Below, piece after piece: positions 46,956-54,915 of a stretch of 54,915 nt of DNA. Below the pieces are notes generated by a model. The model was not told the DNA's origin, did no database searches, and saw only the letters and a program-made list of their open reading frames with translations. Numbering within the stretch: the first letter of the stretch is position 1; the number at the start of each line of letters is the position of its first letter. The position numbers and the translations under genes were made by a program. The DNA comes from a virus (taxonomy: Duplodnaviria > Caudoviricetes), in IMG/VR virus record IMGVR_UViG_3300042557_000196, positions 1 to 54,915 of that record; one strand, given 5' to 3'.

Positions 46956-46956
46956 C

Positions 46957-48630
46957 ATGAGCCGGTACGGTGACGCCTACGGTGGTGATTCCACCTACGG
47001 CTTTGAGTTCAACTCTGCGTGGCCAGCGTTTGAGGTACGAATCGGAACCAGCCTTGGAGCCAACAGCTTCGTGCTAGATGATGTCCAGCGTGGAGTGCTT
47101 GACGGCATCTACACATTGAGCGACTCGCTTGGCTTCGTATGGACCAACATCACCCCAGACATTCGTGACAGCTCTGGCATCAACGTCAGCCGTGGCAGTA
47201 CTCGTAATCAGGGTCCGTACTATCGCTACGAGGCAGGAACTTGCACGTTCACGCTGGAGAACCGGACTGGGCGCTACGACCCGCTCAACCTCTCCGGGCC
47301 GTTTGTGGTCAGCAACGTAACGCTTCTCCGTCCGAGTATGCCGGTGTCAGTCAGGATTGAGTACGACGACGTATGGCACGACCTCTTCACTGGGTACGTC
47401 GAATCGTGGAACGTGCAGTACTCCAACAATGGCAATGACTCAGTAGCCGTGGTTTCATGCGTCGATGCAGCAGGCACTCTGTCGCAGACTGACCCGCTGG
47501 AAGCTCCGGCCCAAGGTAGCGGCGAAAGTGCATCAGCACGCATCACTCGGATTCTGGACAACGTGAAATGGCCAGCAGAGCAGCGGTCTATTGCAGTCGA
47601 TACGTCCTCGTTCCTCCCGACGACTTTGGCCCAGCCAGCGTGGACAGAGATGCTTCTGACTGCTGATTCGGTCAACGGGTATCTCTGGGTGAATGCTTCC
47701 GGCGACGTTGTGTTCCAGACCAAGCAGTCGTTTGAGCGCAACGCCTCGTTCTCGTTCGGCCCGACCGCTGGAGACATCCCCATCGCTGACATTCAGGCAA
47801 GTGGTGATGCGGAGCAGGTCATCAACACGCTGAAGCTGGCTCGTGAAGAGGGCATCCAGCTCGCTGCCTTCAACGAAGAGTCGATTGGCCTGTATGGCCA
47901 GCGTGCGTACCAGAGAAACGACTTGCAGGTGTCCAGCGACACTCTGGTGCAAGAGTCAATCGACTACATCATCAGCCAGTACGCAGACCTTGAGTTTCGC
48001 GTCGAAGGATTCAACGTCTACCCGCAGCCCGAATGGAGTTCTGACCTTTGGAACAAGGTGTTGAACCTAGAGCTGCTCAGGCACGTCAAGGTGCTGTTCT
48101 CTACGCCTGACGGAAGAACGGTTGAGGTAAGCAACTTGATCCGTGGGATCAAGACCTCAATCAAGTCTGGTCAGTGGTCAATGTCGATCTCTACAGCGCA
48201 GGTACCTGACCGGGGTGGCGACTTCACCTTGGATGATCCTGAGCTTGGGCCACTGAGCTACTTCACTGAAGTGGAGCGTGAAGTTCTGCTTTCGTGGTAC
48301 CACGGAATGCTCGGAAGGTTTGGTGAAGCGACGGCTCGTGGCTACCTGCTGAATGGGTACTTGTTTCACGACTCTGTGTATGGTTGGACTAGCTGGAATA
48401 CTTATTGGGGCGCAGTAGAGGCAGGGTGGACTTTCGTAATGCCCATCACTCCGGGCTACGCGTTCGTGTTCGCTGACCAGATTTCTGGAGTAGACGAGAT
48501 AGCCACTCTTCTAAAGATGTGGGCTTGGTTCGTTGACCAGTCGGTCGCTTGGGCGAGCTTGCAGGTCACCCCCGAGAAGCTTGAGGCATGGGATGACTAC
48601 TATGCCTACGAGCGGCTGGCATTGTTCTAA
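46957..48630 (+). CDS. Minor tail/baseplate hub protein
   Basis: Start at ATG 46957; AGTCTFTLEN..GRYDPLN and LFTGYVESW motifs. Confidence 0.75.
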   Translation: MSRYGDAYGGDSTYGFEFNSAWPAFEVRIGTSLGANSFVLDDVQRGVLDGIYTLSDSLGFVWTNITPDIRDSSGINVSRGSTRNQGPYYRYEAGTCTFTLENRTGRYDPLNLSGPFVVSNVTLLRPSMPVSVRIEYDDVWHDLFTGYVESWNVQYSNNGNDSVAVVSCVDAAGTLSQTDPLEAPAQGSGESASARITRILDNVKWPAEQRSIAVDTSSFLPTTLAQPAWTEMLLTADSVNGYLWVNASGDVVFQTKQSFERNASFSFGPTAGDIPIADIQASGDAEQVINTLKLAREEGIQLAAFNEESIGLYGQRAYQRNDLQVSSDTLVQESIDYIISQYADLEFRVEGFNVYPQPEWSSDLWNKVLNLELLRHVKVLFSTPDGRTVEVSNLIRGIKTSIKSGQWSMSISTAQVPDRGGDFTLDDPELGPLSYFTEVEREVLLSWYHGMLGRFGEATARGYLLNGYLFHDSVYGWTSWNTYWGAVEAGWTFVMPITPGYAFVFADQISGVDEIATLLKMWAWFVDQSVAWASLQVTPEKLEAWDDYYAYERLALF

Positions 48631-48649
48631 CCACTGCTAAGGAGATACC

Positions 48650-49276
48650 GTGGCTAACCAGTTCAAGACTTTCACCGCAGGCTCTGTCCTGACGGCATCT
48701 GAGGTGAACTCCTACCTGATGAAGCAGACTGTCATCGTCTGCGACTCATCTGCTGATTACCCGTCGTCGCCCAACGAGGGAATGTTCGTGTATGACAAGG
48801 CGCTTGACGCCTTCCTCCAGTACACGACTTCCACCACGACTTGGAGGCCACCGTGGAACCTGCCGTGGGGGCGTGTCGCCTCTGCAACCGGCAGCGCAAC
48901 CACCAACATCGGCACAACCTATGTCGATCTCAGTGGCATGTCCGTTTCATGGACGGCAGTGCAGAACCGGAGGTACCGGGTCAAGGTGCAGGCGAACATC
49001 CTCGCTCCTGCATCCGGCACCTCTGACTGCAACGTCTTCCTCAGGATCGTTGACGCTGGGGCCGTCCAGAAGGCCGAGAGCACGCAGACTGCTGCGCTCA
49101 CCTTGTCGTACACGGAGTTCACGCTCGTTGAGCTTCTGGACTACACCTCTGCCGGGGCTTCGATCAGCAGAAGGGCTCAGGCCAAGGTGTCTGCATCCAG
49201 CAACAACTCGCTGGTGACGACCAACCCGCCGCTCATCATGGTCGAGGACATTGGCCCCGCAGCGGCACCGGCCTAA
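48650..49276 (+). CDS. Tail fibre/receptor-binding-like protein
   Basis: FKTFTAGSVLTASEVNSYLMKQ N-terminus and VEDIG C-terminus. Confidence 0.7.
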   Translation: MANQFKTFTAGSVLTASEVNSYLMKQTVIVCDSSADYPSSPNEGMFVYDKALDAFLQYTTSTTTWRPPWNLPWGRVASATGSATTNIGTTYVDLSGMSVSWTAVQNRRYRVKVQANILAPASGTSDCNVFLRIVDAGAVQKAESTQTAALTLSYTEFTLVELLDYTSAGASISRRAQAKVSASSNNSLVTTNPPLIMVEDIGPAAAPA

Positions 49277-49285
49277 GGTAACCTC

Positions 49286-49362
49286 GCGCCTCTAGCTCAA
49301 CTGGTTAGAGCAACTGACTCTTACTCAGTAGGTTCCGGGTTCGAGTCCCGGGGGGCGTACCA
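49286..49362 (+). tRNA. tRNA-Lys(CTT)
   Basis: Cloverleaf: acceptor GCGCCTC/GGGGCGT, D arm GCTC/GAGC, anticodon arm ACTGA-CTCTTAC-TCAGT, T arm CCGGG-TTCGAGT-CCCGG, encoded CCA. Confidence 0.93.
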
Positions 49363-49920
49363 ATGCAAGACATTCAGCAGCTTGGCCACGAGTGTGTCGT
49401 CGGCATCGACCCATCATCGAAGAAACTTGCATGGACCGTGCTCACTAGCGGTTCGTTGTGGTGCGGATCAGCACGGCTCCCGCTCAAGAAGGCCGACCCA
49501 TACACTCCAAACAACGCAGCGGTGGCTATGACTGTCGCAAGGGAGCTTGTTGGCTACGCTGCCGACCTTGCAAGGGAGCCGGTGTTCTTCATCGAAATGC
49601 CAGTGGTCGGACGTGGTGGCGTTTACTCTTCGCTCAGTCAGGCATATGTCAATGGAGTGGTGCAGGCCGTTGTTTCAGCTCAAGGGCATGAGATAGTCCT
49701 TGTCCATCCCAGCAAGTGGAAGAGTCGTGTCGTTGGCAAAGGATCAGCAACTAAGCCCGACGTGGCTGAGTATCTTCGACTTCGATGGCCGGATCTCTAC
49801 GCCGCCGCCAATGGTGACGAGGACATCATCGACTCAGCAGCGATTGCACTTTACGGAGCTGCCGTTGTCTGCGGTGGACCGGAGGTGGATGCGCCACGCA
49901 GAGTGCGAAGGTCTGACTGA
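49363..49920 (+). CDS. ruvC: RuvC-like Holliday-junction resolvase
   Basis: VVGIDPS, FIE, P..WK..V.GKG.ATK and DSAAIA motifs. Confidence 0.85.
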   Translation: MQDIQQLGHECVVGIDPSSKKLAWTVLTSGSLWCGSARLPLKKADPYTPNNAAVAMTVARELVGYAADLAREPVFFIEMPVVGRGGVYSSLSQAYVNGVVQAVVSAQGHEIVLVHPSKWKSRVVGKGSATKPDVAEYLRLRWPDLYAAANGDEDIIDSAAIALYGAAVVCGGPEVDAPRRVRRSD

Positions 49921-50182
49921 CCTCTTCTTCTCGCATGAATGCAAGAGCAACTGCACTGACAAGAAGCCGTGCGACCGTGATCCGAGAGTTGTCGAAGCCA
50001 AGGCACTATGCTCCGAGTGCCAAGTCATCGGCCAGTGCAGGTTCTGGTCTATCGTGACTGCTCTCCCATCTGGAATCGCTGGTGGGCTCACCGTGAAGGA
50101 ACGACGCCGCATCCGCCGTCAGCTCAGGCTTGAGAACTTCCCGTTTGACGACTACAGGAGAGAAGATGGCCAAGAAGGCTGA
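49865..50182 (+). CDS. whiB: WhiB-family transcription factor
   Basis: W...AEC..LFF..AKALCSECQV..QC..GIAGGLT..ERR; start uncertain (49865, 49874 or 49889). Confidence 0.85.
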   Translation: MSAVDRRWMRHAECEGLTDLFFSHECKSNCTDKKPCDRDPRVVEAKALCSECQVIGQCRFWSIVTALPSGIAGGLTVKERRRIRRQLRLENFPFDDYRREDGQEG

Positions 50183-51500
50183 AATCTTGGACAAGATGGT
50201 TGAGGACGTGCCGGTGTCCAAGCTCAAGACTTATCCCGGCAACCCTCGCAAGGGTGACGTGGATGCCATCGCTGAGTCGCTTGAGTACCACGGCCAGTTC
50301 CGCCCCATCATCGTGCAGAAGTCAACGAGCTATGTCCTCGGTGGCAACCACACCTTCATGGCTGCCAAGAAGCTCAAGTGGCCCACCATCAAAGCGGTCT
50401 ACCTTGACGTGGACGACGAGGAAGCCAAGCGGATCGTCCTTGCTGATAACAAGCTGAGTGATTCCGCTGGGTACGACTCGCAGCTCCTTGCGGAGCTTCT
50501 GGCGTCCGTTCCCGACACTGCTGGCACTGGGTACGATCAGCAAGAGCGTGACGCCCTGCTGGCGGTGCTGGAGACAGCTACTGAGGAAGCGTCAATGTCT
50601 GTCTTTGAGTCGAACCTCGACGCCTTGAGCAGCGTTGATGACCCGCTTATGTCGCTCCCTGACCTTGACGAGTACGAAGGCGGCGAAGAAGAGGACACTG
50701 GTAGGCCGTTCCTTGACGCTTCTGATGAACTCAAGGGTCCGTTTCAGCTCTCGGACGACATTGACATTCCTCTAGTCACTGACTGGCAGATGCCTGCTCT
50801 TCGTCAGGACATGATGGTTGAGTACATTCCAGACAACTTGCAGACGTGGGCTGGATCAGCAACTAGAGACATTGACGACGACACGATCTGGTGGCTCTAC
50901 AACTTCGGCGTGGATTCCACCTCAGGTATGCGTGACGTGTCGAAGATGATCCTCTCGTTCTACGCATGGGACGAATACTTTGAGAACTGGTGGTGGGACA
51001 CTGCGAAGTACATGAGCCGTGCGCTCAACAGCGGCGTAAAAATGGCCATCTGCCCGAACTACACGCAGGGAGATATGAGCCGGGTGCTGTCGCTCTGGAA
51101 CCTGTACCGCTCCCGGTACATCGGGCGCTACTTCCAAGAGATCGGCATTCGGGTCATGCCTGACTGCGAGATCCTTGACGACAAGCTCTTCTACCAGCTC
51201 TGTCAGGCCATCACCCCGAAGAACGTGCCGTGGGCCTCCGTTCAGGTTCAGAACATCACTGGGTCAACCCGTGGTGGTGATCGCAAGACGAGTGACGACG
51301 TTGATCGGTGGAAGGCTCAGATGCTTCGCACCTACGAAGCACTCAACAAGCCACACAACCTGATCGTGTACGGCAACTCCAACGGCTTTGAGATGATCGA
51401 AGAGATGAAGCTGCCCGTGGATGAACTGCGGTTCCTTGAGTCACGGGTGTCGAAGTTGTCCGAGCGTGCCAAGGGCCGAGAGCGAAAGACGACGCTGTAG
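50166..51500 (+). CDS. ParB/Srx N-terminal domain fused to a DUF4417-like domain
   Basis: YPGNPRKGDV..IAESL..GQFRPIIV..GNHT..LADN; C-terminal PNYT..WNLYRSRYIGRYFQE.GIRVMP recalled as DUF4417-like. Confidence 0.75.
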   Translation: MAKKAEILDKMVEDVPVSKLKTYPGNPRKGDVDAIAESLEYHGQFRPIIVQKSTSYVLGGNHTFMAAKKLKWPTIKAVYLDVDDEEAKRIVLADNKLSDSAGYDSQLLAELLASVPDTAGTGYDQQERDALLAVLETATEEASMSVFESNLDALSSVDDPLMSLPDLDEYEGGEEEDTGRPFLDASDELKGPFQLSDDIDIPLVTDWQMPALRQDMMVEYIPDNLQTWAGSATRDIDDDTIWWLYNFGVDSTSGMRDVSKMILSFYAWDEYFENWWWDTAKYMSRALNSGVKMAICPNYTQGDMSRVLSLWNLYRSRYIGRYFQEIGIRVMPDCEILDDKLFYQLCQAITPKNVPWASVQVQNITGSTRGGDRKTSDDVDRWKAQMLRTYEALNKPHNLIVYGNSNGFEMIEEMKLPVDELRFLESRVSKLSERAKGRERKTTL

Positions 51501-52225
51501 TGCTGGTCGCATACGAGTACGAAGCTGACCAGCGTTTCAGCGGTGCGAGCCGTGGCCCTGCCCAGCTTGACCAGTGGGCTGGCGGTATTGAGTGGGGGCT
51601 GCGCTTCACCTACCCGTCAACGGCGTCGTCCGAGGAAGCCATGACGGCTTTCGCTGATCGCTTGTCGAAGGTCAGCCGCAAGGAGCGGGTTGTGGTGATC
51701 GGCGGGTGCCATAGCGGCAGCTACTCGGCAGTTCTTGCTGCCCACAGACGTGCTGGCCAGAAGGTTGGCGTTCTCTGCTTCGACGCCCATCTGGATGCAG
51801 AGCCGCTGGGTGACTTCGATGGTGATTCGCTCTACACCAACGCCTCAATGTGGCGCCTGCTTGCCAGCAAGGGAGCCGCAGTGGTCAGGGTTGTTGGCGT
51901 CAGAAGCGCAGCGACCCAGTACGAGAACGACAAGGTTCGGATCAGCAGAACGGTTGGCGAAGCTCTGTCTGACCTTGCAGACATGCCGCTCTATGTCTCC
52001 ATTGACATTGACGCATTCGACACCGCCTCTACGCCTGCAACGTCGTGGCCAGTGCCGGGTGGGTTGGAGCTACAGCCGGTGATCGACGTGGTGTCTGCGC
52101 TCGCTTGCTCCAGCCGGCTTGTTGGCGGCGACATTATGGAGTTCAACCCAGCGGTGGCAGCCGGAACGCACGGCGTCACTGAGCAGAGCATCTGGTCGCT
52201 GGTAAATGCGTTCGATGCTCTTTGA
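51500..52225 (+). CDS. Arginase/agmatinase-family ureohydrolase
   Basis: GGCHS, DAHLD, SIDIDAFD, PGGL and E-FNP metal-binding motifs. Confidence 0.88.
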   Translation: MLVAYEYEADQRFSGASRGPAQLDQWAGGIEWGLRFTYPSTASSEEAMTAFADRLSKVSRKERVVVIGGCHSGSYSAVLAAHRRAGQKVGVLCFDAHLDAEPLGDFDGDSLYTNASMWRLLASKGAAVVRVVGVRSAATQYENDKVRISRTVGEALSDLADMPLYVSIDIDAFDTASTPATSWPVPGGLELQPVIDVVSALACSSRLVGGDIMEFNPAVAAGTHGVTEQSIWSLVNAFDAL

Positions 52226-52285
52226 GCTAGACACACAAGTGTGTCAGGGTTTAGTTACTCAACTCATTTGAGAGGAGGTGACAAC

Positions 52286-52558
52286 ATGGACGAGATCATC
52301 GTTGATGACGAGCTGATCGCTGAAGGCGAGATGCCGACTCGTGCTTCTGGCGGAGGCACCACCAAGAAGGGTGGAGGCCGTAAGGGCGGAGGCACCAAGA
52401 AGGGCGGCGGCCGAAAGGGCGGCGGCACCAAGAAGGGTGGAGGCCGGAAGGGTGGCGGCACCAAGAAGGGTGGCGGCACCAAGGGCGGCGGCACCAAGAA
52501 GGGCGGCACCAAGAAGGGCGGAGGCCGGAAGGCTCCCCGCTCGCGGGCCAAGAAGTGA
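52286..52558 (+). CDS. Small protein: acidic leader plus (TKKGGGRKGGG)n basic repeat
   Basis: AGGAGGTG ribosome-binding site and ATG 52286; synonymous variation between repeat units preserves the peptide. Confidence 0.8.
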   Translation: MDEIIVDDELIAEGEMPTRASGGGTTKKGGGRKGGGTKKGGGRKGGGTKKGGGRKGGGTKKGGGTKGGGTKKGGTKKGGGRKAPRSRAKK

Positions 52559-52576
52559 GCTGACCTCACTCATGAC

Positions 52577-52630
52577 AGGCCACCTAGTTGGGCGAGCATC
52601 ACTCACCAGCTAGGTGGCCTTGTCGTTTCT
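52577..52630. terminator. Hairpin between convergent genes (possible terminator)
   Basis: AGGCCACCTAG 52577-52587 pairs with CTAGGTGGCCT 52610-52620, followed by TGTCGTTTCT. Confidence 0.5.
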
Positions 52631-52998
52631 ATGGACAGGCGCACGCCAAGCTCCTTGCCACGGACGTACCATCGCTGATCCTCTCCAGCGACGACCATGC
52701 CCAGCCACTTCGGCGGGATTCCACGCAAATCAGCACGAGATGGTTCTGGCACTTCTTGGCAGTGTGAGTGGGCCACCCCAACGATGCTGGCTAGGTCGTC
52801 CACGTCACTGCGGTAAACGGAGAACCTCTCTGCCGGGTCATCTGCACGGTTCGGCACGTGGAGCAGCGACCTGATGATGTAGAAGTATCTCCACCTGACG
52901 CCAACCATCAGGGCTACCATCTCGGCGTCGTCGTACCACAATGGCGGTGGCCACTCGGCCTGCCACAACACGCGAGGAGTGTCCTTCAGTGACCGCAC
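52603..52998 (-). CDS. Hypothetical protein (start probably internal)
   Basis: Best ORF filling the 52.6-53.0 kb gap. Confidence 0.4.
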   Translation of the reverse strand: MRSLKDTPRVLWQAEWPPPLWYDDAEMVALMVGVRWRYFYIIRSLLHVPNRADDPAERFSVYRSDVDDLASIVGVAHSHCQEVPEPSRADLRGIPPKWLGMVVAGEDQRWYVRGKELGVRLSIETTRPPSW

Positions 52999-53816
52999 AA
53001 GAAGTCCCAGTCTCTATCCGTCAGAAGCACGAAGGCGACAACTACCGCTGGCGTCAGCGCAAGAGCGCAGTTGAGATGGTGGACATTGAGATCGCCACCC
53101 CGGATGGCGTCACGATCTACCGCTGGGACGTGACGTTCATGCTCTCCACGTTCACTTGCGTCTACGGGAACGGGTGCAAGGGTTCTCATGGGCATCCTGA
53201 TGTTGGGTGCTGCACTCGGGGTGCGTGGTTCAGTTCCGATCAAGAGATCGACAGGGTGTTTGAGCATGTCAAGCGCCTGCCTGACTCTATGTGGCAGAAG
53301 AAGCCCAAGGGTGAGATCGACAAGTCCACGGTGTTCGCCATCTCTGGCAAGGACGACGACGGGAACCTTGAGTACAAGACAAGGGTGAAGGGTGGGGCGT
53401 GCATCTTCGCCAACAACGGTGACCACGAGTACCCCGGTTGCTCGCTGCATTCCACCGCACTGCTCAATGGTGAGGACCCGATTCCTGCCAAGCCTGACAT
53501 CTGCAACCTCTACCCGGTGCGGTGGCTTGAGGACTACGACGACGAGCTTGACGTGACCATCCTGACGATTGCTCCAGTGGATTCCCACTACTGGAACCCC
53601 GATCAGGAGTGGTGGTGCGTTGAGGACCCGAGTGCCTACAGCAAGGCCACTGGCCCGTTCTACCTGCGGTGGCGCGATGAGCTTGTGCAGACCGTCGGTA
53701 TCGAAGCGTGGGAGGCATTCCATCGGTGGGTCACTGCCAACCGTTCGGCCATTGCAGGGTCACCCTCACTGCTTCCAGAACGGTACACAACGGAGCCGTT
53801 TGACTACCCTGAATGA
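52989..53816 (+). CDS. Cys-rich DUF3109/YkgJ-like metal-cluster protein
   Basis: FTC..GC.G..GCC..GA, ACIF, GCSLH and KPDIC.LYPVR; GTG after AGGAG. Confidence 0.7.
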   Translation: MTAQEVPVSIRQKHEGDNYRWRQRKSAVEMVDIEIATPDGVTIYRWDVTFMLSTFTCVYGNGCKGSHGHPDVGCCTRGAWFSSDQEIDRVFEHVKRLPDSMWQKKPKGEIDKSTVFAISGKDDDGNLEYKTRVKGGACIFANNGDHEYPGCSLHSTALLNGEDPIPAKPDICNLYPVRWLEDYDDELDVTILTIAPVDSHYWNPDQEWWCVEDPSAYSKATGPFYLRWRDELVQTVGIEAWEAFHRWVTANRSAIAGSPSLLPERYTTEPFDYPE

Positions 53817-53912
53817 CGTTCAGTAGGCACGCTCTCAATCCACCTAGCCTACTGACGCAGTACCCCCAGAGTACCGGAATCGGCCCCTAGTAGTGGCAGA
53901 CTGAACGGCAGC

Positions 53913-54518
53913 ATGGCACCAGACCCCGCAGGACGCCCCGTAAAGCCCGATCTCGCCATCGACCCTGACGGTGTACCCATCGAGCTCTCCGACCCGTCAG
54001 AAGGCCACCTAGACGATGGTGCCGAAGGGTCCGGGGACGTGGGGAGCGTGATCCTGTCAGACATTCAGGACAAGCTGGCCAACGATGTACCACTAGCCCC
54101 GGCTGAGAAGCAGCGCATGGCAGTGACCCTGCGCCTATCGGGAGCTACCTACAAGCAGATCGCCGGGTCAATCGGGATCAGTGTGAGCTATGCCCACCAG
54201 CTTGTGCAGACAGCCTTGCGGGATACTGCCCATGACAGTGTTGAGGATCTAAGGCGTATGCAGTTCGCCCGGTTGGAACACATGCTCATGATGGTCTGGC
54301 CAAGCGTTGCACAACGGGACCTAGCGAGCATCCACACTGCAATGTCCATCATGCGTGACGAGAATGCACTGATGGGGGTGGACAAGCCAACGACGGACGG
54401 GGACGGACTGATGGATGCAGGCCCCACCATTGTGGCTACTGGGGACAAGGCTGAGTACCTGAAGGCACTGCGTGAAGCTAGGGAGCGTGCCCTAGAACCC
54501 AAGCCTGACACTGACTGA
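53913..54518 (+). CDS. Probable terminase small subunit (HTH)
   Basis: LRLSGATYKQIAGSIGIS HTH; lies upstream of terL across the genome junction. Confidence 0.6.
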   Translation: MAPDPAGRPVKPDLAIDPDGVPIELSDPSEGHLDDGAEGSGDVGSVILSDIQDKLANDVPLAPAEKQRMAVTLRLSGATYKQIAGSIGISVSYAHQLVQTALRDTAHDSVEDLRRMQFARLEHMLMMVWPSVAQRDLASIHTAMSIMRDENALMGVDKPTTDGDGLMDAGPTIVATGDKAEYLKALREARERALEPKPDTD

Positions 54519-54700
54519 CAGTGCAGCGCAGTGCATGGCGGGTGCAGTAGTGCGGCGGGTGCAGTGTCTACCTAGCAGTAGGTACCCCTAGTACCCATAG
54601 GGGAGCAGTGCCACTGTCCCTATCGGTAGTGCATGGCAGTGCAGTGTGCAGTGACAGTCATGCAGTAGAGCAGCATCCATGCAGTGTGCAGTACCTGTAC
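54519..54700 (+). repeat. Cluster of short GCAGT(G/A)/GTGCA repeats
   Basis: More than ten degenerate copies in the non-coding DNA after terS. Confidence 0.6.
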
Positions 54701-54844
54701 CGCTCCATGACCCCCCTGCCCATGCTGCAAATACCAGCCTCGTCCCCACCCAGCATGTGGCTCCCGCACAATGCGCGCGGCTGGAGGCCGGCCCGTGGGG
54801 GCGGTACTTCCCCCTCGGGGCATGGGGGGTGGGGGGTGGTCCTC

Positions 54845-54915
54845 TACGCCCCGGTGAGGTGACGAGGGGTGGACACGGGCGATTGCCAGCGAGGGGGGTG
54901 CCGACGGGGGTGGAG
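54845..54915 (+). repeat. Imperfect terminal direct repeat (right copy)
   Basis: Matches 1-72. Confidence 0.85.

Noticed and set aside
49286-49362. tRNA as a prophage attachment site
   Set aside because: No integrase was recognised, there is no duplicated tRNA 3-prime end, and phage genes continue on both sides
52340-52530. Regular ~33-bp repeats resembling an array
   Set aside because: They are in-frame coding repeats with synonymous variation and no unique spacers

Overview
The window appears to be a complete or nearly complete ~55-kb tailed dsDNA phage genome of siphovirus type. Its two ends overlap through an imperfect ~70-bp repeat. The host is probably actinobacterial, judging from a WhiB-like regulator, an MSMEG_6728-like glycosylase, a GGGAAAA tail-chaperone frameshift and high GC. 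Layout: 2OG-Fe(II) oxygenase, terminase large subunit, DNA methylase, second oxygenase and endolysin (0.3-4.6 kb); a leftward primase-helicase operon; a ~1.1-kb gene-free divergent control region; early genes including a MoxR AAA+/vWA pair; replication and recombination genes (sigma-like factor, SSB-like protein, DnaE, RecA, Cas4-like nuclease, resolvase); a head module with an unusual run of proteins sharing short motifs; a tail module; tRNA-Lys; then RuvC, WhiB, ParB-fusion, ureohydrolase, a Gly/Lys repeat protein and a probable terminase small subunit. No integrase, repressor or CRISPR array was recognised. The strongest unexplained signals are four. (1) A 9-mer, CTCTACGCC, is present at least 33 times, always on the + strand and in every reading frame. 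(2) A ~840-nt, densely base-paired, apparently non-coding transcript lies behind a near-consensus sigma-70 promoter. (3) A set of head-module proteins share TVADVEE.V.K and KGDYPGHPFRGNQWTGG motifs and look like protease-processed capsid cargo. (4) A ParB-fusion, arginase-family enzyme and Gly/Lys/Arg repeat peptide form a cassette that may modify DNA or a peptide. All protein calls come from motif recognition by eye, not from database searches.
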